A stretch of DNA of 38,601 bases from Octopus bimaculoides (Eukaryota), in the NCBI RefSeq assembly GCF_001194135.2, contig NC_068996.1:23113646-23152246 (forward strand), given 5' to 3'. Position numbers and translations under genes: made by a program. Positions 21,519-33,079 of the stretch are shown here, piece by piece (within the stretch, counting starts at the first letter, position 1; each line of letters opens with the position of its first letter). The notes beneath the pieces are model-generated. The model ran no database searches, was not told the origin of the DNA, and was given only the letters and a program-made list of their open reading frames with translations.

Positions 21519-21752
21519 AGGTAGCGAATTAGCAGAGTCGTTAGAGCATCGGACAGAGCGCTTGGTGTGTTTGGACTTTAAGCGTTGCGAGTTCAAGCCC
21601 CGCCGAAGCTAACTTGGTTTTTTTAACCTTTCGAGATCCATTGAAATTTAAGAAGTACCGATCCAAGGCGGTGGATTGGCGAGAGTGTAAAAATGTCGTT
21701 CTAGATGCCTTGCGGTATTTGTTCTGGTTCTTTGCGGTCTGAGTTCAAATCC
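21519..21752 (+). mobile_element. Two diverged SINE-B 5' fragments in tandem
   Basis: GGTAGCGAATTAGCAGAGTCGTTAG...GAGTTCAAGCCCCGCCGAAG and AAGGCGGTGGATTGGC...CTGAGTTCAAATCC. Confidence 0.65.
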
Positions 21753-21964
21753 AGTTTATGACCTGCTTCGGTGATGGAGAATGCTTTTAGAACAGTTCGT
21801 GCAAACATTTGAGCCAAGTCTCTGATCTGGGAATACATTATTCCCTCGCTCCCTCCTTTCCACCAGTCTCGCAGGCCCTGAAACGGGTCGTGGGCATTAC
21901 TTTTTCTTTTAACTTAAAATAATAATAAAAGAAAGTTATTCCTGAATTTAAAAAAATTTTAAAG

Positions 21965-22285
21965 TTCGCAGCTGTGTGGTAAGAAGTTTGCTTCCTAATC
22001 ACATGGCTCCGGGTTCCGTCCCTTTCCGTGGCACCTTCGACAAGTGCCTTCTACTATAGCCTCAGGCCGACCAAAGTCTTGTGGGCAGATTTGGTAGACA
22101 GAAACTGAAAGAAACCCATCGTATGTGTGCGTGTGCGACACCTTTGTATTTGTCCCTCCCTCTCACTACTTGACAGCCAATATTGGTTTGTTTACACCCT
22201 CGTAAACTGCCGGTTAGCGGACTGATAGAATAAGCACCAGGCTTAAGAAGTAGCCACTTCTTGAATTGATTTTTTATTAACCATA
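21965..22285 (+). mobile_element. SINE-A
   Basis: GCTGTGTGGTAAGAAGTTTGC...GGCACCTTCGACAAGTG...GATAGAATAAGCACCAGGCTT. Confidence 0.85.
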
Positions 22286-22691
22286 GAAGTTGAACCCAGA
22301 GGGGACAGCACAAGGGATTGGGATCCAAGTGAAGATCTTGAGTTGAACAGACGATTGTTTTTTTTTTTTACTGCGAAGTTGATGAGTTGGACTGTTCCAT
22401 TTTGGTTCGTACGACTTATTTTTTTCGTTGGATTTATCGTTGAAGTTTGACGTTATTGTGTTCGCGTGTTCGAATCTCGTTATTGTACTGCCTCACGGCA
22501 GACTTGTTAACGCCCCACCCCCATTCTTAAGGGCGAATTCACTTGTTGACAAATGTGTGATATCCTCAGAGTTTCAGTATTTTAGATTCCATGGAAATGA
22601 AAATTTGTAATATTCTCTCAAATCAGGGAAAGATTCAAAAGAGTGAGATCACCTTCGCTCATTTTAAAATGAATAGTAAATTTATTCAAGA

Positions 22692-22803
22692 AACTGGTTA
22701 GTCCGAGATTATTGTAGAAGACTCTTGCCTAACGTGCCACGCAATGGAACTGAACATGTAACAATAGGGTTGCAAAGCGAATTTCTTAACCACACAGCAA
22801 TGC
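22692..22803 (-). mobile_element. SINE-A 5' fragment
   Basis: Minus strand GCTGTGTGGTTAAGAAATTCGC...GCGTGGCACGTTAGGCAAGAGTCTTCTAC. Confidence 0.7.
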
Positions 22804-23732
22804 AGTGGATAACGATATATAAATGCACATTTTTTCCTCCTCTTCCAGATTTTCTTTCTTGTTTAATATTTAATCTGACAAAAACTAAGATTTATTTTCA
22901 TAACCTGGCAGATACAGAATGGAAATTTGCATTGATGTCAAAAGTCAATAAAAAAAAAGTAATAAATGTACATGCAATTTTTTTTACTCTTTGTATTGAT
23001 TCAAAATATATTTTCATTTTGCTTCGATTCAAATAGAAATTTTAATTTTTCTCTTAAATTTCTTTTTTCCTTATTCACTTTAATATTTTCGTCTTAGCTG
23101 ACATCCTGATTTTTATCGAATATTCCAAGTGGAGTTTTCTTTATATCTCTCTTTTAATAGCTTCTACGGGCTTTCCTTGCACTTATATCTAACACTGGAA
23201 TCTTCACCTTACGGAACCCAGCGTTCTGACAAAGTTTTGAGCATCACAGGAGACACCTCTGTATAACTATAAAAATTACAGTATGAGAGACGGACAGAAG
23301 CTGTGTGTGTGAAAGAGATGACAGAGTGATTTAAGAAAGTGCATGATCCTTGAATTTACATAGATGCCTTCAAAACCATTTCAGTTTATTAATTTGAAAC
23401 TTCAGACCAGGCAATCGATAAAAAAAAGGTATAAAAGTTATCAATTGTACATTTGACATTAAATACGTTTAAAGCGTTCGTTATACAGAAAATAAAAGTG
23501 AAATGTTTGGTTAAGTTTTAAGTGAAATTGCAAAACAAAATATCGATTTAAAGTTGCTTTAAGCCTGTGTTTTTAATTAATTAATTAATCAGTAATAGTA
23601 ATAATAATAATCGTTTCTAATTTAGGCACAAGCCCATGCTTTTGAGTTGAGGTAGTTTAATAGATACCACTGACCTCGATAATTTGGTTGCGGTTTTTAC
23701 TTGATAGTAATATTTCGCTTTAAGAACTTCCG

Positions 23733-23830
23733 TAACACCCACACGATCTTCACTACGGTGTTAGGGTTAGGGTTACGGTTAGGGACAAAATTCCCTAACC
23801 CAAACCCTACCCCTAACCCTAAACCCTTCA
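23733..23830. repeat. Telomeric-repeat element with TTAGGG units facing CCCTAA units
   Basis: TAACACCCACACGATCTTCACTACGGTG-(TTAGGG-like x4)-ACAAAATT-(CCCTAA-like x5). Same arm as the 2692 element. Confidence 0.75.
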
Positions 23831-23892
23831 AAATAAATCGCGCTCTCTGTATGTCTTTCGCTTTTGTAACGTTGTTTCCCTGTTTCTCTCCA

Positions 23893-23965
23893 ACACTTTT
23901 TACGGAAAAGGCCGATCTTTGGTAAAGATCGCTGAAGACACTTTTTACGGAAAAGGCCGATCTTT
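23893..23965 (+). repeat. 28-bp perfect direct repeat
   Basis: ACACTTTTTACGGAAAAGGCCGATCTTT at 23893-23920 and 23938-23965. Confidence 0.9.
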
Positions 23966-24225
23966 AGGACTCGTACCGTAAGATCGCCGTAAAAGTATAT
24001 AGCAAAATGACATTACAAATTCATTCATAAAATTCTCGTCAGTAAATTTGAATATTTTTGTTTCCTATTCAAAATGTTGAAATGTAAACAAATTTAAAAA
24101 CCTACATTTAAGCATTTACTCAGTGGTTTCACTTTGATACACATTTTTTAATTTTTTTAATATTCAATCTCGCACTAATAAGTTCCAGAAACGAAAGTCC
24201 ATAAAAAATAAATACACATACAATT

Positions 24226-24550
24226 TGTTTTCGATCTCGAAGGGATGAAAAGTAAAATTAACGTTGGCATGATTTGAAGTCAGAATGTAAACTTCTGGAA
24301 CATATACCCAAAACATTTTCCTGATGCTCTATCGATTCTGTCAATCCAACAACAAAATGACTTCGATTCAGGCACAAGACCAATAATTTTTGAAGGCTGT
24401 GAGCTAAGTTATTCGATACCATCGATCTCTAACACGTGACTGATTCTTTATTCTATCGACATCCATAACCACGAAAGGCAAAGTTGACTTCGTTAAAATT
24501 AGAACTTGGGAACGTGTATAGAGCCGAAAGAAATGCCGTCAGTAATTTTC
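24226..24550 (-). mobile_element. Two diverged SINE-B copies in tandem
   Basis: GGGATGAAAAGTAAAATT...GATTTGAAGTCAGAATGTAAA and GAAAGGCAAAGTTGACTTCG...GAAATGCCG. Confidence 0.65.
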
Positions 24551-24856
24551 TTCTGGAAATTTTCAATTTAAATTTTAAAAGTACAGACTAAATTTTACAG
24601 CTGTGTAAGTACGTAGATGTGTGTGCACGCGGGAATGCATGCATGTACATACGTATATTTCTTTGGGATTTCTTCCTTTACGAAATGCAAGCCGATTGCT
24701 ATCGAAGTAGCATATCTCTTTTGTTTCAGTCAAGACAGCCCTTTCGGGGTTGATGTATGGAATGTATGTGTAGCAGAGGAATAAACTTGCCTTTCAGAGT
24801 GTGGATGTCATAATAGAACACAAGTGTATGTTTCATTATGTGATTGTCATTTACAC

Positions 24857-25133
24857 TAGAGCTTCTCAAACTATCTTATGTGGCGTACCGGCAGTTCCCC
24901 GCCCCCCCTCCAATGTGCCTGGAACCAGTAATATCTCTTAGTAATATTAATTTATACTAGAAACAATATATATAATGAATATAATAAAAGCTGACAATTT
25001 TTTGTTATCTCATATTTATTTTGTAAACAAATAATACAATATTATATAAGCATTATATAATGTTCCTTTCTTTTCTGGAAACTCGCCGCGTACCGCAGCT
25101 GATGGCTCGCAGACCACCACTTTGATGTAATCT
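24857..25133. mobile_element. hAT-like MITE remnant
   Basis: Left end TAGAGCTTCTCAAACT...GCGTACCGGCAG. Right part GCGTACCGCAG...CCACCACTTTG is poorly preserved. Confidence 0.4.
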
Positions 25134-25650
25134 TCAAAGAACCTCAAGCAAAGAATCCTTGAAATGTTATCAAATGTTCACTCCTCTAATCAATGGCATT
25201 ATGTCTACTCTTTTTTTTTTTAACCTAAGCGTTTTAATTTTTCAAACCAATGTTGCTACAAAGTTCAGTGCACTTATTGGTTGTAGAAACAAATGTAAAT
25301 CCATAGTCAGAATATAAGAGCTGTAGATTTCTCATCAGTTCTATAAAAATGTTCTACTTTCCCTCAATCTATGCTTGTGTATGAATGCATGTATGTATAT
25401 GTATGTATGGATTCATTTTTCGGGGGGGGGGGCTGTCAAGATCAGTTGATGCAGGTACAGAAAGGTGAAAGAAACAAAAATTTATTCCACTTAAAAAAGA
25501 AACAGTTTAAAATAATATTGTCGTCTTATTGGCTTGGGGCTAAAAGCCACTCGTCATGACCATCCCATTTGTGGTTTTTGACCTTTTTTTTTACTATTTC
25601 AGTTAAAATTTCAGAAGTGTTATCCAATAGGTCCTTGTATGATTGCTGTT

Positions 25651-25996
25651 GGAAGGAAAGACATTAGGCTTCTATTTCTAGTAGGCCGAACGACTACGTA
25701 GTTTTTAGTCATAATCTTCTGAGTATTTAAAACAGCAGCCAAGATAATAAAGCTGTGACGTTAATGATTTAAGTGATATTTAGTTGCTATTTCTAGCAGG
25801 TCGAACAACTATGTAAGTTTCCTTGGTCCCTAGTCGTTGTTTACCCCCAGGTCTGCTTTATGCTAATCAAACAGGCGTCTTTTTCTATTGTAGATTATCT
25901 GTGCTTTTCCGTTTCTGAGATTATATAAGGTGATTTGAGGGAGAATAGGCTGTTACTTTTTAGCAGGTCGGACGACCATAGAGACTCCCTCGTTGG
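25651..25996 (+). repeat. Three copies of a ~60-nt motif with core GCTATTTCTAGCAGGTCG
   Basis: Copies at about 25651-25710, 25764-25830 and 25929-25996. Others at 30551-30620 (+), 34661-34705 (-) and, degenerate, 16245-16315. Confidence 0.7.
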
Positions 25997-26060
25997 TTCA
26001 AGGTACCAGTTAAATACTAAGGTCGATTTGATTGACTACACCACTTTCCATCCATCCATG

Positions 26061-27092
26061 CACACATACTTATGGTGAATGCTGCCATAATCTTTGCCTT
26101 CAGTTCATCTTTGGTGTTACAAGGAGTTTTGTTGGTCTCTTGCTCAACTGTGCCCCACACATAATTNNNNNNNNNNNNNNNNNNNNNNNNNNNNNNNNNN
26201 NNNNNNNNNNNNNNNNNNNNNNNNNNNNNNNNNNNNNNNNNNNNNNNNNNNNNNNNNNNNNNNNNNNNNNNNNNNNNNNNNNNNNNNNNNNNNNNNNNNN
26301 NNNNNNNNNNNNNNNNNNNNNNNNNNNNNNNNNNNNNNNNNNNNNNNNNNNNNNNNNNNNNNNNNNNNNNNNNNNNNNNNNNNNNNNNNNNNNNNNNNNN
26401 NNNNNNNNNNNNNNNNNNNNNNNNNNCACACATACTTATGGTGAATGCTGCCATAATCTTTGCCTTCAGTTCATCTTTGGTGTTACAAGGAGTTTTGTTG
26501 GTCTCTTGCTCAACTGTGCCCCACACATAATTATCAAGGAGGTTGCAGTCCGGAGAGTTAGGTGACCAGATGTTAGGGGTGATGTGGTCGCGGAAATTGT
26601 CTGACAGCCATGACTGGGTTCTCCTGCTTGTGTGGAATGGTGTAGAGTCCTGTTGCCAGATATAGGGTCTTCCAGCAGCCACCCTCTTGATCCAAGGGAG
26701 CACTACCTCCTCCAGGCACTTGATGTAGGCTTCTGTGTTGAGTCTGAGACCGTGTGGGAAGATGAATGGCGGCATAACGTCATCATCACTAGTGATCACT
26801 CCAAACACCATGATTTTGACTGGATGTTTGATTTTTGTCACTCTCGGTACATGTCCACAGATTAACATCCAAACACTCTGAAATGTTCGTATTGGAGCTT
26901 CCGGCGCAAATGCCAAGCAACACAGCATGTCGTTTTCAAATTTCTGGCAGAGTGAATTGCGTCATGGTGCTGTTTTTCTTACAGAGGATGCCCAAATGAT
27001 CCTACAATACTGTGTAGTCAACAAAATCAAAACAAATATGCGCATGCGCGAAATTAAAAATATAAAATGACAATTTACCTATCGCACCCTGG
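26061..27092 (-). mobile_element. DD37D (maT-type) Tc1/mariner element, internally deleted and 3'-truncated
   Basis: 5' end CAGGGTGCGATAGGTAAATTGTC near 27091. N-terminus MTQFTLPEI*KRHAV at 26965 joins directly to VPRVTKIKHPVKIMVFG. QQD-(37 aa)-D in SPDCNLLDNYVWG. No first D and no 3' TIR. Confidence 0.88.
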
Positions 27093-27399
27093 ACGTACAT
27101 ATACATACATACATGCATGCCAATAATAAAAAAAAAAGAATTAATTCTTTTATTGTTGTTATTGCAAAAGCTTGGTCAATCTTAATCTTAACACGTATGG
27201 CATGAAGGTAACATACAAAAATCCCCATGGGAAAACATGTATGTATGTACGTATGTATCAGCCGTCGCCAGACTTTGGTGCTTAGAGATACTTCAGAATA
27301 TTCTGGGTGGGCACTAATTTGTAATAATGCTAAAGTGGAATAAATCTGAGGATGTACCATTGAATAGTGAGCGAGCAGTGCCATCCAATTTACCGACGG

Positions 27400-27621
27400 G
27401 TATGGTGTATGTGTGCATTTTTCTTTGGGGTCCCCCTGCTAGCGCTTGACAGACATCGTTAGTTTAAATTCCTATAACATATCAGTTCGGTAAAAGAATT
27501 CGTTAGAATAAGTACCAAACTTAGAAATCAGTTCTGGGATCGATTTGTTCAACTAAACCCTTTCAAGGCGGTATCTTAGCATGGCCATAGTCCAGTGACT
27601 AAAACAAGTAAAAAATAAAAG
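27400..27621 (+). mobile_element. SINE-A 3' half
   Basis: GCGCTTGACAG...TAGAATAAGTACC...GGCGGTATCTTAGCATGGCC...GACTAAAACAAGTAAAA. Confidence 0.75.
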
Positions 27622-27989
27622 CTAAATAGATAGACCATTAAAGTTTGTTTTTTTTTTGTTTTTTTTTCAAAGATTTTAGGATTTTTTGCCAGAAGGCGTT
27701 TATTCAAAGAGAGGTTTATCCTAAATTTCAACTGCATACAGCCAATTGATCGAACAGGGAAGTTGGTGCGGTCATTATGTGAATATTCTATAAATTTTAA
27801 TGCCAGTAATGTTAAAAAAAAAAAAAAAACGAAGACACTCGAGATTATTCATCTAGTTGTTGCTAAACATGTCTGAGTAGTTGACTTAGTAAATATGTCC
27901 TGGATTCTTCTACGAACCTTTTTATGCTGTTCTTAAAGAAAAGAATCGTATACAATTTAGTGCATCAAAAACCGTAATTTCTTCGGATG

Positions 27990-28072
27990 TGCATGTTTTT
28001 GTTTCAGTCACTCGAGTGCAGCTCATGCTGGGGCACCAACTTGAAGGGTTTTAGTCGGAAAAATAAACCCCG
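27990..28072 (-). mobile_element. SINE-A tail fragment
   Basis: TTGTTTCAGTCA...CATGCTGGGGCACC on the plus strand is the inverse tail. Confidence 0.7.
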
Positions 28073-28599
28073 CCTCAGTCATTAGCATAGCCAGGGGCGC
28101 CCTGGCGGTACTTTTCATCNNNNNNNNNNNNNNNNNNNNNNNNNNNNNNNNNNNNNNNNNNNNNNNNNNNNNNNNNNNNNNNNNNNNNNNNNNNNNNNNN
28201 NNNNNNNNNNNNNNNNNNNNNNNNNNNNNNNNNNNNNNNNNNNNNNNNNNNNNNNNNNNNNNNNNNNNNNNNNNNNNNNNNNNNNNNNNNNNNNNNNNNN
28301 NNNNNNNNNNNNNNNNNNNNNNNNNNNNNNNNNNNNNNNNNNNNNNNNNNNNNNNNNNNNNNNNNNNNNNNNNNNNNNNNNNNNNNNNNNNNNNNNNNNN
28401 NNNNNNNNNNNNNNNNNNNNNNNNNNNNNNNNNNNNNNNNNNNNNNNNNNNNNNNNNNNNNNNNNNNNNNNNNNNNNNNNNNNNNNNNNNNNNNNNNNNN
28501 NNNNNNNNNNNNNNNNNNNNNNNNNNNNNNNNNNNNNNNNNNNNNNNNNNNNNNNNNNNNNNNNNNNNNNNNNNTATATATATAGTAAATCCACAAAAG

Positions 28600-28860
28600 A
28601 AGAACAAACACAAAAAAAAACAACAACGCGAGGACGTGGTACATGTAAAGTATTAGCAGACGCTCAGGGAAGGAAAGAAAGATGATTTAACGTTTCGAGC
28701 AACGCTCTTTTTCAGAAACACAGGAAAGTCCAATAGAAAGGAAGACGGAGGAAGAAAATTGCCAAAGATTCACATGTGGGTACATTTTGAAATGACCGGA
28801 AGGGAATGGGTGAAGAAAAAGTTCTTTCTAAGACAGGAGAGTGTAAGAGAAGGAGGTAGG
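28600..28860 (-). mobile_element. Penelope-like terminal-repeat fragment with hammerhead-like motif (28685-28719)
   Basis: Minus strand TTT-CTGAAAA-A-GAGC-GTT-GCTC-GAAA-CGTT-AAA, followed by CCCTGAGCGTC...CTAATAC, similar to 29350. Confidence 0.6.
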
Positions 28861-29212
28861 TGCGTGCGTGCAAGTTTGTGTGCGTGCGCGCGCGCGTATG
28901 TGTGGTTTTGACAGTTTATATGGGTATGTGAACTTTGTGTTGCTTAATGTTGTAGGAAAAATTTAGTAGCCTGGTAACAGGAGTGGCAGTCTTTTTGTGT
29001 AGTTGTGTATCTTTTCACGTGTAGAGAAATGGACAGTAGAACGGTGTTTGACTGGCAGTTTGAAGTATATATGTGCGTCTGCATGGGGTTGTGTGCATTC
29101 CTCTGTGTATATGCGTTTGTGTACGTGTGTGCGCACGTGTGTGGGAGTTATATGTGCATTGATGTGTGTGTGTTGGGTTGTGTTATGTGGAGGTATATGT
29201 GCGTTCCTGTGT

Positions 29213-29250
<38 letters not shown>

Positions 29251-29254
29251 TCGC

Positions 29255-29430
29255 CATGATAGATCGCTAGCTACTACACATACTTTATTTTCTCTCCCTG
29301 TTTCTTTCTGTGGAAACGAGTAGGCTCGAAACATTAAAGACTTTTTCACTTCCCGAGCGTTATACTAATACATCTGCTTGTTGTCTCCACCACCTGTCTT
29401 CGTCTTTTGTTTTGTTTTTTTCTTGTGAAT
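29255..29430 (+). mobile_element. Penelope-like terminal-repeat fragment with hammerhead-like motif (29303-29341)
   Basis: TCTTT-CTGTGGA-AACGAGTAGGCTC-GAAACATT-AAAGA. Homologous to 3380-3546. Confidence 0.6.
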
Positions 29431-29519
29431 TCTCCCCATATATATATATATATATATATAGAAGGTTTAGATTTAGATTCAAGATTGAATATGGTACTTA
29501 TGCGTAGGCACCAGAATAT

Positions 29520-29720
29520 CGTATGGTATGGTATTATACAAAAACCATTCCAAAAGGATAGGTGATCAAAAATTCAAAATAAGCAACACGGATTTCAAAG
29601 ATGATTGCAGTACGCACGTTTCATGCTACCCCATTTATTTAAGTAATGCGAGCATTACATTAAATGCAATATGAAGAGCAATCTTCAGTTGCACGAAAAT
29701 GCAGAAAATTACAGTAGAAT
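29520..29720 (-). mobile_element. Putative Penelope-like fragment with long-stem-II hammerhead-like motif (29606-29693)
   Basis: Minus strand TGCAA-CTGAAGA-TTGCT...AGCAT-GAAA-CGTGCG-TA-CTGCA. Confidence 0.5.
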
Positions 29721-30002
29721 AGACATATTATAATTGTGGTAACATTTCAAATCCAAGTGGGAGAAAGAATACATAGAAATTCAAGTGTGAGGAAGAATAC
29801 ATTAATCCATCTTGACATAGCCGAGTCTATCAGGCTAGTAATTGATTCTAGACAAAAGTTCTAACTGTCTCTGATTTTTTTTTGTCTCTTATCTAGTGGT
29901 GATAGCATAAGGGACAATTACTTCTAAGGAAAGGGAAGGTGTAAGCAGTATGCATGGACAAGGCTATAAATGTATTAGGTTAAACAGGTATACATACATA
30001 CA

Positions 30003-30146
30003 CAAGCTTCTTTCGGTTTCCGTTTACCAAACCAAGTCATTAAGGCTTTAGCTGGCTCGGGACTATTGTAGAAGACAACCAAGGTGTCATGCTGAACCCG
30101 AAACTGTGTGATTGGGAAGGAAGCTCCTTACCTACACAGCCATGCT
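30003..30146 (-). mobile_element. SINE-A 5' half
   Basis: Plus strand CTTCTTTCGGTTTCCGTTTACCAAA...GTAGAAGAC..CCAAGGTG...CTTACCTACACAGCCATGC. Confidence 0.75.
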
Positions 30147-31008
30147 TCCAAAAGAAAAAAAAGATGAGACTCATTCCCTCTCCCCACTTTCATTCTTTTT
30201 CAATTCCCTCTTTTTAAAAAAAATTTTCGAAATGTTTCCGGATTTATGTGATGCATGTTTTTGAAGAATCACAATCTCAGTTTCTTAAAACATAGATCAA
30301 GGAAAGAAAAAAATAATAATGATAAACTCGAAAGAATGTTAAAAATGAAAGAAATTCGAGGTCGGTGGTGGAGAATCCGTCTCCCAATTTTTTCCTTTAC
30401 ATTATTGTAATCTTAGAATCCGAAAAAAATACTTTTTTGTTTTGCGCCTGAGATAATTTCCACCTCTTTTTACTATACTTTCTGGTCGATGCGAACCTTA
30501 ATGTAGGAATAGATATGGAACTGTATCCTTTTCTAAGACAGCAGGGTGCGGATTACTGAGAAATTTGGTCACTATTATTTCTCACAGGTCGAGGGGCCAC
30601 ACAGAGGCTTCTTAGTTGGCTCGTGTGGCGACAATGCTTGCCTTTTGATAATCATCATCAACATTATTATTATTATTTTTATTTATTTCTGATGGAAAGA
30701 AAATAGATACTGTTTGTGGAGAAAAGAAGTTAAATTGAATTCAAAATTTTTCTTTATAAATTTGTATGGAGAAAATTTCTTACAAACAGGTGCAACTGTT
30801 TTCATGTTTCTGCAGGGTATGTATATACGCACACATGTACATACACATACATGCACACACTTATATGCATATATAAATACACACGTAAATACACATATGT
30901 ATACATATAGTTACACACATATAAATACATACACACGTGTTGTTGTTGTGCGTATGTGCAGACAGAAAAGGAAGTTAATCGATCAATTAAACGTAGAGTC
31001 GAAGGAGG

Positions 31009-31040
<32 letters not shown>

Positions 31041-32578
31041 TTGTATGTATGTATATGGTGTCGATTAGGTGAAGAAGTCATTCGAATTTCATAGAAAAAT
31101 AGAAAATTCAACATAAAAAAAAAATATCAAATTTCTGTAACGTTAGCTAATAAAGAAGGTAAGATTTTGAAAAGAAATAGTAATGTTTAGCTGTAGTATT
31201 TTCTGAAAAGTTACTTGGAAAGCGTGAGACAAACAGGTATAGGCTAACCTATGCGACTGATGTGGGGGAGAGAAAATAATGATTTCTCTCAAATAAACAC
31301 ACCAGCCATCTTTCTAAATGGCTAAAGTATTGTATTGAATTAATTCAGTAGTTGTCACATTTGTTTTTCGTTTTTGTTCTCCCCTCCACCCGCGCAACCC
31401 CTTTTCATTGAATAAGCGTATTACAAAATGCCACAACAGGTACCCTTCGGAAACACGAAGCACATATAACAAAAAAAAAAAATTTTAATCAACCAAAAGT
31501 TAATTTTGTGCATTGGTTTATTATCCGTATCTATTTTCTTATACTACCCATCCAATATACCGCGTTATATTCAGCAACCTTAATGTTAATATTTTTATTG
31601 AAATTTTACTAAAGAAGGCATTGACTTGGCACATCATCGGTCATGCCTTCTTTTTACTAATAACACAATATCATATTCTAAATCTAAATCCCAACAAAGT
31701 TTTTTGTTTTTTTTAAAGCGTATAAAATACATTGTACACTTAAACATTCAACTTGAACGGCAGCGGCTCTTTGCGAGCTTACAGTACCATCCGCAAGGGG
31801 GAGCTATTATTCAGCTTAATCGATCGACATCATTGTTATTACGATAGTTTTTCGGCGAAGTGTGCTAATGTCACTCTGCTAATTCTATGTAATAGTAGGA
31901 CTTCACTCTGACTGGTTTTTAACATTCTGAGTGTCTATTATTTACTTTTGAAAATAAATCACGACCAGATTATATCACGATAGTGGGAACAGAAGTATTA
32001 TAACGAGAATTTTCACCCCTTCAGGATCGATAGAATGAATGATAGGGTTTTCAAATAACTATCTTGCGAATCTCATACATCATGATAAGGGTAATAAAAA
32101 AAAAAGAGTAATAGACGTGGGGAAATAAAATTTTGAAATTAAAGAAAACCCCATATGGTTAACCAAAATGACAGACAAGTAAAAAATATAAAAGATAGAA
32201 ATGAAATAGAGTCACGTCAGATATCATGGTCGATTTAAACGACTCTTCATGTAAACAACAGGCTCTTTACATTTCTTACAGAAACACTGTTTTTAAAAAA
32301 AAGTTTACGTCGGCTCTATAACGTCTCGGGCAGTTTCCACTACACAAATACAAAGAAGGGCGACTGTGTGGAGGAAAGAGAGCGTGACGGATTTGAGAGA
32401 GAGAGGGATTTAAAATGGTGGAACTTCGTGTAACGTAGCTAATCTCAAAAATTTGTTGTTTGAAACAAAATTATAAAAGTACTTCTGTTTTCTTAAGAGA
32501 GGAAACATATAACATTAAATAAACATGAATATCTATGCATATTTGCGATATGAATAAAGATTTTGGTCTGTCTCATAA

Positions 32579-32636
32579 TTTTTTACTCTTTTACTTGTTG
32601 CAGTCATTTGACTGCGGCCATGCTGGGGCACCGCCT
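32579..32636 (-). mobile_element. SINE-A tail fragment
   Basis: CTTTTACTTGTTGCAGTCATTTGACTGCGGCCATGCTGGGGCACCGCC. Confidence 0.8.
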
Positions 32637-32973
32637 ACACATTTTAAAAAAAATCTCTCTTTTTCTATCCTTTTGTCAAACTAGTTAACATGTCTGCTGT
32701 ACGTACCAAACTCCAGTTAATTTTATCTTGAACACACGCAAGCGGGGTGGGGATGACAATTTAATTGTCGATAATGGGTGTACAAAAAGATGAATCAGCT
32801 GGTTAGAGGTTAGAAGTTTTTGATCGTAATTTAAGTTTCCACGATAAAAGAATTGGACCAAGAATTAAGAACATCAACAAATGACCTGTTTTGGCCATTG
32901 TGAATGGGTAAGGGAAGGCTACATGTGCTGGAAATATACTTTCTGAATTTGCAACAAGCTTCAGATTTGTACG

Positions 32974-33017
<44 letters not shown>

Positions 33018-33079
33018 CTTATCTAAATTATGCTCAGTGGTATGTATGTGTCTGTGTTAAAGGAAAAGGAAAACAAAAA

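Noticed and set aside
23161-23281. Strong plus-strand acceptor at 23160 with a possible donor at 23281
   Set aside because: Stops in all three frames, no recognised peptide and no other support.
25651-25996. Repeat-spacer-repeat pattern as a CRISPR-like array
   Set aside because: Units are degenerate, spacing is uneven (about 120 and 165 bp), context is eukaryotic and there are no cas genes.
26061-26532. Identical 106-bp sequence on both sides of a gap (26061-26166 = 26427-26532), and the 303-aa ORF spanning it
   Set aside because: Most likely unmerged overlapping contig ends and not a tandem duplication. The ORF length is inflated by Ns.
27259-27402. CCGTCG/CGACGG short inverted ends as a Harbinger-like MITE
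   Set aside because: Only about 6 bp match and no convincing TSD.
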